Part shown: one piece after another, positions 1-40,274 of the stretch
Layout of the letters: every line of letters begins with the position of its first letter
Position numbering within the stretch: position 1 is the first letter of the stretch
Origin: Amoebidium appalachense
Lineage: Eukaryota > Protista > Ichthyosporea
Assembly: GCA_963693365.1 (NCBI GenBank)
Contig: CAVNZM010000003.1
Span: 6,765,448-6,829,447, forward strand
Direction: 5' to 3'
DNA length: 64,000 nt
Position numbers and translations under genes: made by a program
Notes under the pieces: generated by a model
The model's database searches: none
What the model saw: only the letters and a program-made list of their open reading frames with translations
Told to the model about the DNA's origin: nothing

Positions 1-140
1 GCAAGGTGGAGAGAGAGGTGTGGGGCGGGGGGAGGTAAGGGCGGTGGTATATATGCCTTTTGTGTTTTAATGGTTTTAGTGGCTTTAAAGCCTTTCTTAG
101 TTTCAATACCCTTTTTAACACCTTTTCCTTTTTTCTGCAG

Positions 141-14200
<14,060 letters not shown>

Positions 14201-14312
14201 GGGGGGCACGTGGGGTGGGGGTGGGGGTGCACAGGCACATAGACTCAAAAGCGGGGTGGATGAATGCATGTGTGCAAGCACACACACACACACACACGTG
14301 ACTTGCGCGCAT

Positions 14313-14352
<40 letters not shown>

Positions 14353-14362
14353 GCACATATGC

Positions 14363-14425
<63 letters not shown>

Positions 14426-14429
14426 AAAA

Positions 14430-14491
<62 letters not shown>

Positions 14492-14670
14492 GCGGGCGAA
14501 CATGCCCGCGCACACACGCACACAGATTTGCTTGCACACGTACTCCACGATATTGTTACGTGTCTGGCATATGTTGTTTCTGCAATAGAATAGTACTGCC
14601 AAATTGAGTAGGCCAGGTGGGTAGAGCCCGGAGAATTTTGCCTGTTTTTGTTGTTGGTGGTGGTGGTGGT

Positions 14671-14711
<41 letters not shown>

Positions 14712-15197
14712 GACATTTGTAAAGACATAGGAATTGTGTATCTGGGGGGATCCCATGATGATTAGAACCCCCCAGAAACCCCCCCAAAAGAATTTCAATT
14801 GACCTGCTGGCCAGGAACTTGAATGCAAATTGGCCACACCGGGCCAAGACGGGGGGGGGGGGGTTCAATGATGGGTGTTGGGAGCCAGTGTGAGTGTATA
14901 ATATGGTTGCTTGCATGCCTTTTCATGTGTGCTGTACCTCAATAAATGGTTTGTGGTTGGTTTGTTTGTTCTTTCTTTCTTTTTTTATTTTTATTTTTTA
15001 TTTTTTATTTTATTTTATTTTTTTGGGTGGGGGGAGGGGGGGGGGGGGGGGTTTGGAACCTTCTCTTGCACTAGGCCTTTTTGTGGGCCACTACAGGGGT
15101 CATTCAGTAAGATAATTAAATTATCGGATAGTACGTTTTTTTACTGACATTCTTGAAAATAAAATGGATCAAAGCTAAGTACCGATAAGATCTTTCT

Positions 15198-15246
<49 letters not shown>

Positions 15247-16498
15247 TTGACTCGGCTGTATATATTTAAACTGAGCAACCGCGGAGAGATTTTGAAGCTT
15301 GGGTTCCCACATTTCAAACTAAAAGCCATCGTGCACGTCTATGTGTGCCACAGATGTTAAGAGAGAAGGCATGGTGGCCCAAGATACGTGCCGAAGTATT
15401 GCTTACGTGTGCGCACTTTCTTGTGTGTGAGAGTGTGTGCGGATTTGTGCGTGTGTTAAGTGTGTCTCTCGATGTGTAGTGTGTATGCGTATTACAGTGA
15501 TAATGTGTGCGGGTACGATGCACAGCGTACGTGTGTGTGGTGTTTCCCGTACACTGCGTGTGTGTGTGTGTGCGCGCGCGTGTGTGTGTGTGTACGTGTG
15601 CCTGTGTGTGTGTGTGTACGTGTGCCTGTGTGTGTGTGTGTACGTGTGCCTGTGTGTGTGTGTGTGTGTGTGGTGCCGTGCGTGTATGCGCATCCAGACA
15701 AATATCTATACATTGTCAAGCCAGTGTGAAGCAAAAAAGCATGCAACAAGCTTTTACTGATAGTCGCGACTCTGGTCCACCATAACCAATCAAAAAAACC
15801 AAGATTCAACTTTACGTATACATAGCATTGTACATGGCACACATTATTTATATGCAGTGTTGGTGTTAGCAGACACACTAATTTTTTTGAGAATACACAT
15901 GCTGCATGTGTATGCATATTATGCGCATGCCGGCGGACCCAAGCTTTGCTTTAATTGGCCTGTGCATATAGCAGTGTATATGTGTCTATATTGGCATAGC
16001 AGCTGTGCACGACGACCCACACATACACATTTTCCGTGCGTACAGCTAGGTGGGGGCAGGGCAGGGCGGGGGGGGGGAGGGGGGGGGGGGGGGGGGGCGC
16101 GGGGGTTCTGGGGTGGAAAATATGTATGTGTGTGTACATAGGGGGGGGGGGGGAGGGGAGGGGGGGGACTGAGGGGGGAGGGGGGAGGGGAGGGAGGGAG
16201 GGGGAGGGGGGAAGGGGGGAGGGGGGAGGGAGGAGTGTGGGGACACCGGGGTTTGCACGGTATGTGTGGCACTGTGTGTGTGTGTGCACGTGTGTGTCCG
16301 TGTGTCCGTGTGTGTGTGTGTGTGGTGTGCGCTTCCGAAGTAATAAACCAAGCCAAGTCAACGATAAGCAGTTGCAAAAACAGCAAATGATACGTGTCTT
16401 ATTCAAAAACTCTACGTGTACCCTGGAGAAAGAAGTTTGGGTGCGCGCAGGTTGTGGTGGCGGTGGTGTGTGCGTGTGTATGTGGGGAGGGGGCGGGC

Positions 16499-16530
<32 letters not shown>

Positions 16531-16789
16531 AGGGGAGGGGGGGAGGGGGGGACGAGCGGGGGATGAGGGGGAACAAGTACATGTGCACGTATGTTTCGTA
16601 TTCGCCACATTGAGCTACACTTCAATTCAAGTGCAAGTTGTCATTCTTCAAGACCCTTTACTCTTTCCCTAACCGTTGCACATTCAAGGAGGATGCCTCC
16701 GTCGCAACAGTCACTCGCTTTGAAGACATCGGGAGAGTCCAAAACCTTGCATGGTTATATGCACATTTGGGTGTTTTTTTTTGGTGGGA

Positions 16790-16822
<33 letters not shown>

Positions 16823-17378
16823 CTTTTTTTTTTTGTTTGTTTCACCCTTTTTTTTTTTTTTTTTCCCTTTTGTTTGGGTGGCCATTTTTCTTTCCTTTCT
16901 TTCTTTCTTTTTTTTTTCCTTGCACACGTACATGTGCTTGCATACATACATGTGCACACAGAAAAACACAGAGTGTCAAATCAAGGCATACCCTGCACAC
17001 ACATACAGGCGTGTCGCGCATATACAAGTGCACACACACTCACACAAACACGCACACACACAAAGTGTCACACACACACACACACGCACACACACACACA
17101 CACACACACGTACACACACACGCACACACACACACGCACACACACACAATTTTATAAATAGATGGAAAACGGGCATGGTCTTTTGAACGGTTGATGGTCT
17201 TGAGAGGTTCTGCGTGTGAATGGGTGTGAGTGAGCACATGTGTGTGCCCATGTGTGCTGCTGCGTGGGGAGGGGGGATTGGGGTGGCGTTTTTGGTGTTG
17301 GTGGGGGTAGTGGTGGTGGGTGGGTGGGTGAATGAGTGGGTCGGGGGGAGAGGAGGGGAAGGGGGAGGGAGGGGAGGG

Positions 17379-17438
<60 letters not shown>

Positions 17439-17749
17439 TGGTACCGGTCACAGAGCCAAGTATTTGTGTGGCTTGCAGCAGATTTTGCTTGTTATCATTA
17501 TTCCTACTTTTTTTTTTAAAGTTTTGTAAAAACTTTTTTTTGGCGCGCAAAAACTTCCCGCACAAATTTCCATATTTGGCTAATCGTGCGATCGCGCACA
17601 AATTATTGTTCCATATACAAACTTTTTTTTGAGATTGCGATATTCCTACTTTTTTTTTTTTGCTTTATAAAAACTACTTTTTTCTTTGGTTTTATAATTC
17701 CCCCGCAGACACAGTGATTCTGAGCTTTTGAGCGTAATCTGAACTTTCA

Positions 17750-17786
<37 letters not shown>

Positions 17787-17910
17787 ATCCCCCCACCACC
17801 ACCACCACCACCACCGCCAAAGACACAGAGTTTGTGTGCATAGCAAAGAATGCATACACGGTCAAGGCAGCACATTTTTTTTGGGTGGTTGGATGTGTGT
17901 GTGTGTGCAG

Positions 17911-17976
17911 CGGTGAGCACACTCTGGATAGCGAGGCGTGTGTGCTTTTTTTTTTTTTTTTTTTTTTTTTTTTTGT

Positions 17977-18017
<41 letters not shown>

Positions 18018-18310
18018 CTAGACAAATGGGGCAAGTGTGGCTAAATATGGCAAGTCTAACCAAAAATGGCAAGTCTAGCCGTACCACGTGTGTTATTTGG
18101 TGGGTCAGTCAATGTTGTTTTAGATTTACTCCAACAACATTGACCGACCCACCAAATAACACACGTGGCAAGACTTGCCAGTTTTGGTTAGACTTGCCAT
18201 ATTTAGCCACACTTGCCACATTTGTCTAGACTGTCTCCCCCCCCCCCCCCCCCCCCAAAAAAAAAAAAAAAAAAAGCACACACGCCTTGCTATCCAGAGT
18301 GTGCTCACCG
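17911..18310. repeat. About 400-bp near-perfect palindrome (foldback element)
   Basis: The left arm CGGTGAGCACACTCTGGATAGC..poly-T..poly-G..CAGTCTAGACAAAT..CAATGTTG is mirrored by CAACATTG..ATTTGTCTAGACTG..poly-C..poly-A..GCTATCCAGAGTGTGCTCACCG. Short loop at about 18118-18134; three GGCAAGT subrepeats per arm. Confidence 0.9.
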
Positions 18311-18343
18311 ATGGTGGGGGATCCTTCGGGAAAAAAAAAAAAT

Positions 18344-18378
<35 letters not shown>

Positions 18379-19147
18379 GAGAAAGGGAGTGGGCTCCACC
18401 CCCAATCCTCAGCCCACACAGAACAAATAAGTCAATCGAATCTTTTTATTTAGCAAATATGATTGGAAGAGACCCATACTCTGTCCCTGCTATGTACATG
18501 ATGTGCACGGTCTGAAACGCCCACCTACCACATCCTGTGGCCAAAAAAACAACAAAAAAAAACAAAAAAAAAAAAAAAGGATCCACTGTCAGTACTTTCT
18601 CCTTTCAGCCTACTTAGAGCAATATGAACTTCTTATATCTCAGTTTTCAAGGCACTACAGTCGGTGTTGTGAATAGAAATGGAAGAGTATTTGGTCTGTC
18701 CCAGTTATGTACATGGTGTGTCAGGAATAGACTATTCCTTTAGCGCTCACTAAACCCCACATTCATTCACGGCATACCTTCGTGCATAACACCCATTCAC
18801 ACGCCAACGATCATCTAATAAAACCGTCAAAGTTAGCATAAACACTATATATCTTGGTGGTCAATCGCTCATTCACCATATGTGATTAACCGTACACGGT
18901 ACCACCCACGAAGCTGGTATTCACAAAAATCTCATGGCCTATATAAATGCGGTCTATAAATAGGTCAAAAAACCAAGGGTGCACCTATAAATAGTGTGAC
19001 CTCCCTGTACTATAAATAGATCAAAACACCAAGGGTGCACCTATAAGTAGCATAGTCTATAAATAGGTCAAAACAACAAGGGTGCAACTATAAATAGCAT
19101 ACGTCAAAAAATCAAGGGTGCACCTATAAATAGCAGTCTATAATAGG

Positions 19148-32207
<13,060 letters not shown>

Positions 32208-33397
32208 CTTTGTGAGACTCTCGAGACTATTCGGTGCAGCAAGCCACCATTCCCTCTCTAGCGAACCGGCCTAGTGTGAAATCAATGTGCAGAGAGAAAA
32301 AGCGAAACCGGAACAGCTAAGGCAAACCAAAACAATAGAAAAACAGGCGCGCACGTGTGTGTGTGTGTGCGTGTTTGGGCGGGAGTGGCGGTGGGGGGGA
32401 AAGGGGGGGGGGGGGGTCACGGGAAGATGTGGTTGAGAGAAAGGGAATGGACCGTACGGAAACAGCACAGGAAGAAAGGGCAAGAAAAAAACATGGCAGA
32501 TTGAATGAACGAGTGCGCAAGCAGAGGGTTCCTTGGGCTCCAGTGTGGAGACAAGAATGCAGCCGAAACATATATAATAGATATAAAATGTGCATGTCCG
32601 AGTGTGTGCCTGTGCTTATGCATGCATGTGCAGCATTGTGCAGAGTTCCCTGCTTGCAATTACCCCCCCCCCCCCCTCCCTCCCCTCACCCCCCCCATAC
32701 ATACAACACCACCATCAAAACCATCACCACCCCCCAACCCCCACCCGCCCCTCTTCCCCCATACCCCCTGTGTGTGTCTGGGTCGGCCAAATCCATGTTG
32801 CCACGGCATAGCAGCCGGGCACCAGCGTGCCGAACACCTGCCGCAAGGTGGCTGTAGTTTGTTCTGGTCTTAGGCGGACTAGCCTTGTCAACGTGACTTT
32901 GTTTTACAATATTCTTGACACTAAACAGCATCACACTTTTGGTCTGTTTGCCCCCTGCATGCCTTCTGCACTGAGCCTTTGAACACAATCACGTAATCTT
33001 TGTTGATGGGCCAGTCTGTACACCCATGACGTCATTCATCGATGTCTTATGAGCTTGCCAATGGGCAAAATCGCTTACAAGATACACCATAGGGGTGTAC
33101 TTACAGACTAGGAACCTGGCCAAGCTTGAGCGAAAGTTCGCTCTTCGAACTGCTCTGTGACACAAGATTTTTCTCAGAAGGACCTCACGCCTATGAAATC
33201 TCCTCCCCCCCGCCCCCGGGCGCCAAAACAAACAAACAAAAAGGAAAAACACTACAACCTCCGGCAGTCATCGTAGCCTTCTTAATCTGTACACTTTCGA
33301 CTAGTCACTCTGAAGGCCGACCCCCCCTCTCTCTCCCCCCCCCCCCCCCCCCCTCCGCCCTCCCCCCCACCACAAACCTATATACATGGCCCTGCCC

Positions 33398-34725
33398 TCA
33401 CACATATTTGACCCTCCCCTCAGCACACAAATAAAACGCCTGTGCATCTGCCGTGTCGTGCCACCCTATGGGCCCTATCTCGCAGTCCGCACACGTGAGG
33501 TACTTGAGCGTAGATCCTTCAAGCGTGTTCGAGAAGCCCACGTTGTCAAAGTCGTACATGTTTGTTAGCAGCCAGAACTTGATGTGTGTCTCGCGGTCTG
33601 ACTCTCCCTCACCACGCGCTTTAAGTGTCATGTGTGGGAGTTCATACTGTGTGGTGGTGGTGTGTGGGGGGGGGTGGGGGTGGGGGTGGGGGGAGGGGGG
33701 AGGGGGGAGAGGGGGAGGGAGAGGTTGGGGAAGTATGTTGGAGTAGGGGGGAGGGGGGGGGGGGGGGGGGGGGGAGGGGAGAATGAGTGGAGAGGGGGGA
33801 GGGGGGGGGGAATGTGTGGGTGTGTGGTGTGTGGGTGTGTGCTTCTTTTTTTTTGGTCTATGTCCGGGCATATGTGTGTGTGCACACCCAATACGTGAAT
33901 GTAGGTATGTGTGAGTGCGGTTTTATGTGCGCGTGTCCCCGTGGGGTGGGGAGGGGAGGGGGGGGGGGGGGGGGGGGGGTTAGCAGGTGTCCACCTGTCT
34001 GTGTGTCTGCCAAATGCCATATCTGTGTGTCTGTGTCTGTGTTGGCAAGCCCACTTGTGCGCTCTACAGCAGCACCCAAACGATGTACTCAATAAACCAA
34101 AAAAACAGATCCAAAGACTCATGCGCAGCCCCAGTTGTCCTCCCTCCTTTTTCCCACTCTTCCCCTCCCCCCCCTCCCCCCCCCCCTCTCCAAGGGCCCA
34201 GCCCTCCATTCGCCTCTGACAGTTCTTCTGACGCCCTCTTCTTTACACCACCACTGACACAAAACACCGCTCATCCCAGAGCCCAAAAAGTTCATGAACC
34301 CACACACAAAAACGCAAAACCAAAAAATAGAGCAACCCCACGTGCCCACACGCACACACACACACACGCACACACACGGGTAGACCAGTAGTGCGCTTCC
34401 ACAATACCAAAGCCCCAGTCTCCTGCACGTTCTCTCCCAATTGCAAAAGATCTAAAACCATCAGGGCCCGCCACGCCTACGTCCCCATCACACGTTGCCA
34501 CATCTAAATTGCTGCTTGCCAAGCTCGTAGAAAACAGCACACGAGTAGTGCACACGCACACGTACGCGCGCACACACACGCACACGCACACGCACACGCA
34601 CACAGGCTGGCACGCACCTCCCTGTGGACCAGGGTTGCGCTGTCCTTGCTCAGCACCTTGCAGTTGCAGCGGCAGCAGTGGACGCTGGCTGCGTTCTTGC
34701 TGCCCGCCACGAGCTCCTGCGCCAT
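33398..34725 (-). CDS. RABIF: Guanine nucleotide exchange factor/Rab chaperone MSS4 (RABIF), 2 exons
   Basis: Exon 1 34725-34618 (MAQELVAGSKNAASVHCCRCNCKVLSKDSATLVHRE|GT). Exon 2 33646-33398 (YELPHM...FWLLTNMYDFDNVGFSNT...KYLTCADCEIGPIGWH...KYV*). The F-x-NVGF and KYLxCADCEIGPIG motifs and two CxxC Zn sites are typical of Mss4. Confidence 0.93.
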
Positions 34726-35229
34726 CCTGTCTGTCTGCCTGCCTGCTGTGCGCGTTCACCTCTGGCGTATACGTGTATGCAATTATGTAGGCGAGAATGC
34801 AGATGGTCCTCTCTCCTCTTCGGTGTCTGCGTGGTGCACTGCTGTGACGCGTACGACTCTGAGCTTCCCTTCATCAACTTCGATACATAGCCAGATACAT
34901 AGCCTGCATCGCGCATACCCTCAAGCCCCATCGCATAACGTCATCAAAGCCTAGATAACACGATGTGAGCGGCTAGCCAAGTTTGGGGCAAAAAAAGAAG
35001 AAAAAAAAAAGAAAAAGAAAAAGAAAAGAACTTGAAGAAAAAAAAGGCATTAGATCACTGCTTTTGTGTATGTTTTTTATTATAACGCGTGTACCGGCCG
35101 GCGATTGAGCTTATTGATTCGGAGGGGTGTGGGTTGGAGTGGGTTGTTTTGACGGGTGGGTGAGGTTGGGGTGATGGGAGCTGGGTCTAAGACTCCGTGC
35201 GGGGCCGGGGGGGGGGGGGGGGGGGGGGG

Positions 35230-35561
35230 TTTTGAATGCGTCAAAAAGTACGAAGTACACAAGAACAAACGGATAACACGATGCAGAATGCAAGCCATAC
35301 ATAAAGAGTATGCATAATAAGCAGAGCCCATCCTCAGGGGGGGCCCACGTCATCCACAGTACCCGAGTTTCGACCTATTCCCCTCGTTAACGAAACCCAA
35401 CTCAGATACTGTTTCACTTGAACATGAGTAGGTCACCCGTCTTGATCAGAGACGAGCAGGGTTGCTTATGCAGGCAAGGGCAGTGGGAAAGGCCGGGGGT
35501 TAAAGTTGCAGCAGTAAGCAGAAGCAAGAAAAATATAGATAGGAACTCAGGAGACGGGGCT
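35230..35561 (-). mobile_element. 332-bp dispersed element with a structured-RNA core, copy 2 (between the RPS27 3' end and the MSS4 5' end)
   Basis: Runs from TTTTGAATGCGTC to GGAGACGGGGCT and matches 24391-24722. The flanks diverge immediately on the right. Confidence 0.8.
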
Positions 35562-36000
35562 TCTAGGAAGCTCCCCCGTCGATACCTAAGTGGGGGGGGG
35601 GGGGCTAGCATTTGGAACACAGTGGGAAAAGCAACTGCACGAGCACCACGACACCACGACACGTCCAGGCCTCATGAGCCATGCTTGGTGCCTTCGGCGA
35701 AATATGTGATAACAGATGCAAGACACATGTTGCCAAGGACAGCCAGGAACGGTTGCACAGGGAGGGGCTTTGAAAAGCAGGGCACAGGGACAACCAGCCA
35801 AGACGGCAGCAGATTGCATTCACTAAAACTTTATTTCATGGCCTTCGTCAACAAATTTCAACTCTCCTAACATCTTCGAAGTCAGTGGTCAGCAGGAGAC
35901 CAAACTCCTTTCACTGACAGTATTCACATGTTCATTCTATAAGCGGGGGGTTGTTCCTTCTTCGTTCGTTCATACTGCGTGTAGTCACAGTGGTTTCTGC

Positions 36001-36864
36001 TCACTGCTTGCGACGGAAGGAACAGCCCTCGGTCAAACGTGCCTTGCCCCCAGTTGGCTGGCAAAGAACCTGTCGGAGACGCAAACGTCAGTCATGCTTG
36101 GAAGACAAAAGTAAAGTGCATAGATGTAAAAAGGCGGACCACGGTATTAAAGTGAAAAAAATGTGTTGAACAGCAGGGGAGAACGTGTGTGTGTGTGGGG
36201 CCGGGGGGGGGGGGGGGGAAGGGAGGGTGAGGGAGAGGGGTTGGTGGGTGAGTGGGGGGTGGGGGGTGGGGGGGAAACGTCCCAGCAGAACGTTCCAAAA
36301 AGGTAAGCACTTTGTCACACACACTGGTACCGACCGCTTTCTAATACCCTTGCATCCCCCCTGTTTTTCCCTGAGTTTCTACATCGCGTATATCATGGCA
36401 AGGTATGAAGGAACTGGTCTACGGTCCCAAAAAGCAGGAACCAAAAACGATACAAAGCCAAGGTATCCTTCCTAAACAAGTACCATAAACATGATCCCCT
36501 TTACTCCTCCCTCCCCCCTCCCTTTCCCCCGCCCCCCTTTCCTAAGCCCCCCTCCCCTCCCCACCCTCCACCCCCCCCCCCCCCAAAAAAAAAAAAAAGG
36601 GAATGCAGAACGCAAGAAAGAAACCCAGTGAAAGCAGCCGCTCACACACACGGCACCTGCATCACACACTCGCGCACTCACCTGCTGGCAGGAGCCACAG
36701 AGAACAACACTCTGTGCATGGCTGAACACGGTGGTGATGGCAAAGCAGCCTGGGCACTTGACGTCCATGAAGTAGCTGTTGGGGGACTGAACAAGCCGCT
36801 TGAGCTTGTTCATGGACTTCTCTTGTTCGGCGTTGGGGTGGAGAAGATCGCGGGCGAGCGGCAT
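36001..36864 (-). CDS. RPS27: 40S ribosomal protein S27 (eS27), 2 exons, 83 aa
   Basis: Exon 1 36864-36682 ([10 protein letters not shown]...[42 protein letters not shown]|GTGAGT). Exon 2 36069-36001 ([22 protein letters not shown]). AATAAA on the minus strand near 35830. Confidence 0.98.
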
Positions 36865-36873
36865 TTTCGCTGG

Positions 36874-36905
36874 TGAAAAGGAGGGAAGGAAAAAGAAAAA
36901 GAAAA
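36874..36905 (-). promoter_or_regulatory. Oligopyrimidine tract just upstream of the RPS27 ATG (possible 5'TOP-like leader or acceptor tract)
   Basis: The minus strand reads TTTTCTTTTTCTTTTTCCTTCCCTCCTTTTCACCAGCGAAAATG. A TATA-like TATATAAA lies near 37066-37073 (-). The TSS is unknown. Confidence 0.3.
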
Positions 36906-37386
36906 TGGGTTTAAGCGGGCCAAACAAATTTATTCTTTTATTCTTTTTATTTTTTGGTGTAGAGGTAGCCTGTTTGTCAGCTGCCAGAGGGCACAAAGGG
37001 GGAACAGCTGACAGCAGGTGTGTTTTCCTCAAGACGAAAGCAGATTGTGAATGACTTGCACGTGCTTTATATATGTAGGGGGGTAAATTGAGGCGAAAAC
37101 AGATGACGTCCACAGATAAGCAGACGATGCATATTTTCATGATATAAACCTAAAAAATGGACTAGAAATATTGGAAACTGTATGTTAGATGTAAAAACGC
37201 TATATCTGTTTCAGAGTAATGCAAAAAGATGTCTTTGCCTAGAAGCCACATGCAAAGGAAGTTCTTGTTTTGCATGCCTCAATTGTGGCAGCTATTGATT
37301 GGCTGTTGACATACTAGATCTGATTGGCTGCTAGATCACGGATGGCAGGAATCCGCAGGATTTGCCATGATCTGGCACCAGGGGTA

Positions 37387-37700
37387 CCCGTTGGTGGCAG
37401 AGCCTCAATGACTTGACTTGACTTATACTTATAATTGTTTGCTGGGCTTTATGACTTGACTTGACTTAAAAGTCGCGACTTGAAAAGTACTATTTCTAGT
37501 AACTCCTCCGGCCGGCTGGGCCACGGGCGGGCATCGCGCCCTCCCTCCTCCCACCCACCCTCCTATGCTTCCCCGCTCCAAGCCCCCCTCCCCCTTCAAG
37601 TCAATCCTATGTTGAGGCCTCATGGCTTGACTTGACTTGGTTGAAGTCATGTGTTTGGTGACTTCAAGTCGCGATTTGAAGTCAAGTCGCCACACCCTTG
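37387..37700 (-). mobile_element. Short, degenerate copy of the same hAT-like family in the RPS27/hydrolase divergent promoter region
   Basis: GTGGCAGAGCCTC..GACTTGACTTGACTT..AAGTCGCGACTT matches the reverse complement of about 43795-43938. The end AAGTCAAGTCGCCACACCCTTG matches the reverse complement of the 42361 terminus. Confidence 0.75.
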
Positions 37701-38179
37701 CCTGGAATGTAAACACCAAAAAATAAAGCATCTGATTGGCGTACTTTGGCGCGTTTTGCACCCTGTAGATCTGGACAGCCAATTACTAAACGCGTTTTCC
37801 TAAAAACGGCGATGCGTTAGATGCCACATCGCTTTAAGCAGTTTTAACAAAATTAAAAAGCTTTCATTGTGATTGTAAAATTAACAATAACTTAATATGG
37901 CCCGTGTGTCATGAGTGAGATAAATTATATTCATCGAATGCATGCCAAAAATCTGTTGGTCAACGTTGTTCCCAGGACCGTCGCGATCGACTATATAAAG
38001 AGGGAACCCCTTCTTCTACTCTTGTATCAATCACGTTTATTTTTTGGGTTCAAGTTGTGTTGTTATGATAGCCCAAGCCTTTGACTAACCACCCTGTATT
38101 TATTGCTAGCGTGTAGTATGGGTTTAACGCTTTCTGTGGCACAGCCATTGAAATAAGGCTTTTCATTATATAGTTCAGC

Positions 38180-40227
38180 ATGACGTTCGAGGCGCTTAAA
38201 GTTGTGCGCAAGGAGAAGGAGGAGGATGTGGCTGTTGCATCGGTAGTGGATGAGCGCAAGCCGGTAGCTCCTGGTAAGTCTTGCACATGCATGTTTTATA
38301 GGCTGCATGTATATGTAAGTTTGGGTTAGAGGCCTTTTGGTTTGACCCGAAAGGGACATGTTCTGCTCCTCAGCAAAGTTCATCTGTGGCTGAGTGGGCG
38401 GTGGAGGATGGTAGCAGTGGCTGGTCTGGCTGTTGCGGCTTTGCACATGGGCGAAAAGAGTTTTCCTACTCGAATAGTATGGGCGAAAAGAGTTTTCCTA
38501 CTCGAATAGTAACACGCATATACACGGTGCTGCATGTTGCCATCAAAGCCGCGGGGGCAGTTGTCTCTCCTTTTCCAGTTTCGGGAACTCCTGCCTCTAC
38601 GTGTGCTTTAGGGTGTGTCCATGCTTTACTCGGCTCCCCCATCCTCTCTCTCTCTCTCCCCCTGCCCCCTTTTCCCCGCAGCTTCTTCCTCTCACTTCGA
38701 CTTGTTTTTCCCTACCACTATCCGTCCTGTCATTCCCTAACATCCTTTTGTTTTAGCAGAGGCAACATCAGCCGCCACTGAGCTTGACGCAGCCACTCTT
38801 CTCGAGGTGGAGGGCAAAAGAGACCCAAAGAGCACCCGGTTGTCACGTGCAGCAGTGCTGTTGCTCCCCCCAGCAATGGCACTTTCTTGGTACGGCCAGA
38901 ACTACGACTGGGACTGGGTGTCTGCTCGGAGTGACCTGAATGGGTTGATGAGGGAGCAAGCCTTCAGTCTTCTGGACGGGGACTATGTCGGGGGCGGTGC
39001 TTTGTGGCTGCTTGGGGTGCTGGTGTGTGTGCTTGTGGGCCTGTGGCTGTGGAATTTCTGGCTGGCTTGCAAGGAGACACCGGAGCTGCACTACAAGCAC
39101 TCAAACAGGAACGTGGCCATACTGCAGATGCTGGGTAAGTTGTAGATTGCCGCACGCTTGTGCACTGCACGTGAACACACACATGTACACACACACTGCA
39201 CGCATACACTCATACACACACACCACACATGCACAGACAATCAAGTTCTCAAACTTGCATGCATACATGGACACGTGAGGTGGCTTATATTGATTTCACA
39301 CATCTCACACACACGCACAAGATGCGCACGGCGTGCAAAGCGACAAGACGTGTCTGCGTTCCTGCAAACACCCACACATGTTTACACGGGCACCTATATG
39401 CTGCAAACACCCCTGCTTCCACAGCATCATACACACAAACTGAGTTCACATATCCTCCTTCATGCACACACACCCACGAACACAAAGATGCATACTGAGA
39501 CACGAGCATGGTTGCATGCAAATCTATTTCACATGCACTCACATCCACATGGGCACACACTATAATTGTATCTAGCATGCACACACACCCACGCTTGCGC
39601 ACACATGCTTACACAAAGTTCGCACACACACACAAGACACATGCACATGCACAGCCACCTTTTCAAGGACACATATACGAGCACGGCCGAAACGGCTAAC
39701 CTCGCACACACAACACACAGACATCGTGTCTTTCGGAAGCTTTCACACATACAAACAACACTACTCAGCTCGCGCGGCACAGGGTGTGTATCTCACCCCT
39801 TAATGCAGGTCACACGAATGGTATTTGAAGAGCATTCTATTGTGCTGTTGTAGTTATCCCGAATCTCGTGGTCTTTAAGGGCATTCACATCTGACAGACA
39901 ATCACTGCAGGCAGCCATCTTCGCACGTTCTCTCCTGTGCCGTGGTTTGCGCTCAACCACGTGCAGACAGTCATGTTTGCCTATTGGCCCCCCAAGGTGG
40001 TGTTGGGCCTAGGCAGCAGCAAGGTGAAGTATGAAAGGGAGGTGGTGCCCATGGATGATGGCGGACTCATTGCAAATGGATTGGTTGCGCTGTGAGAGTG
40101 ATGATCCCACTACCCCCATCGTGCTGGTGTTCCCTGGAGTCATTGGCGCATCAACGGACACGTACATCAAGCGCACCATGCTCACGGTGAGTGTTAAGAA
40201 TAAATGCGTGGTTTTTTTTTTTTTTTT

Positions 40228-40274
<47 letters not shown>

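Noticed and set aside
17360-17440. Long poly-G runs as functional G-quadruplex elements
   Set aside because: They are ubiquitous here and homopolymer lengths are unreliable in assemblies; no site-specific claim is supportable.
34040-34520. snoRNA or cassette exon in the MSS4 intron
   Set aside because: No properly spaced C/D boxes or convincing H/ACA double hairpin; the MSS4 exons join correctly without it.
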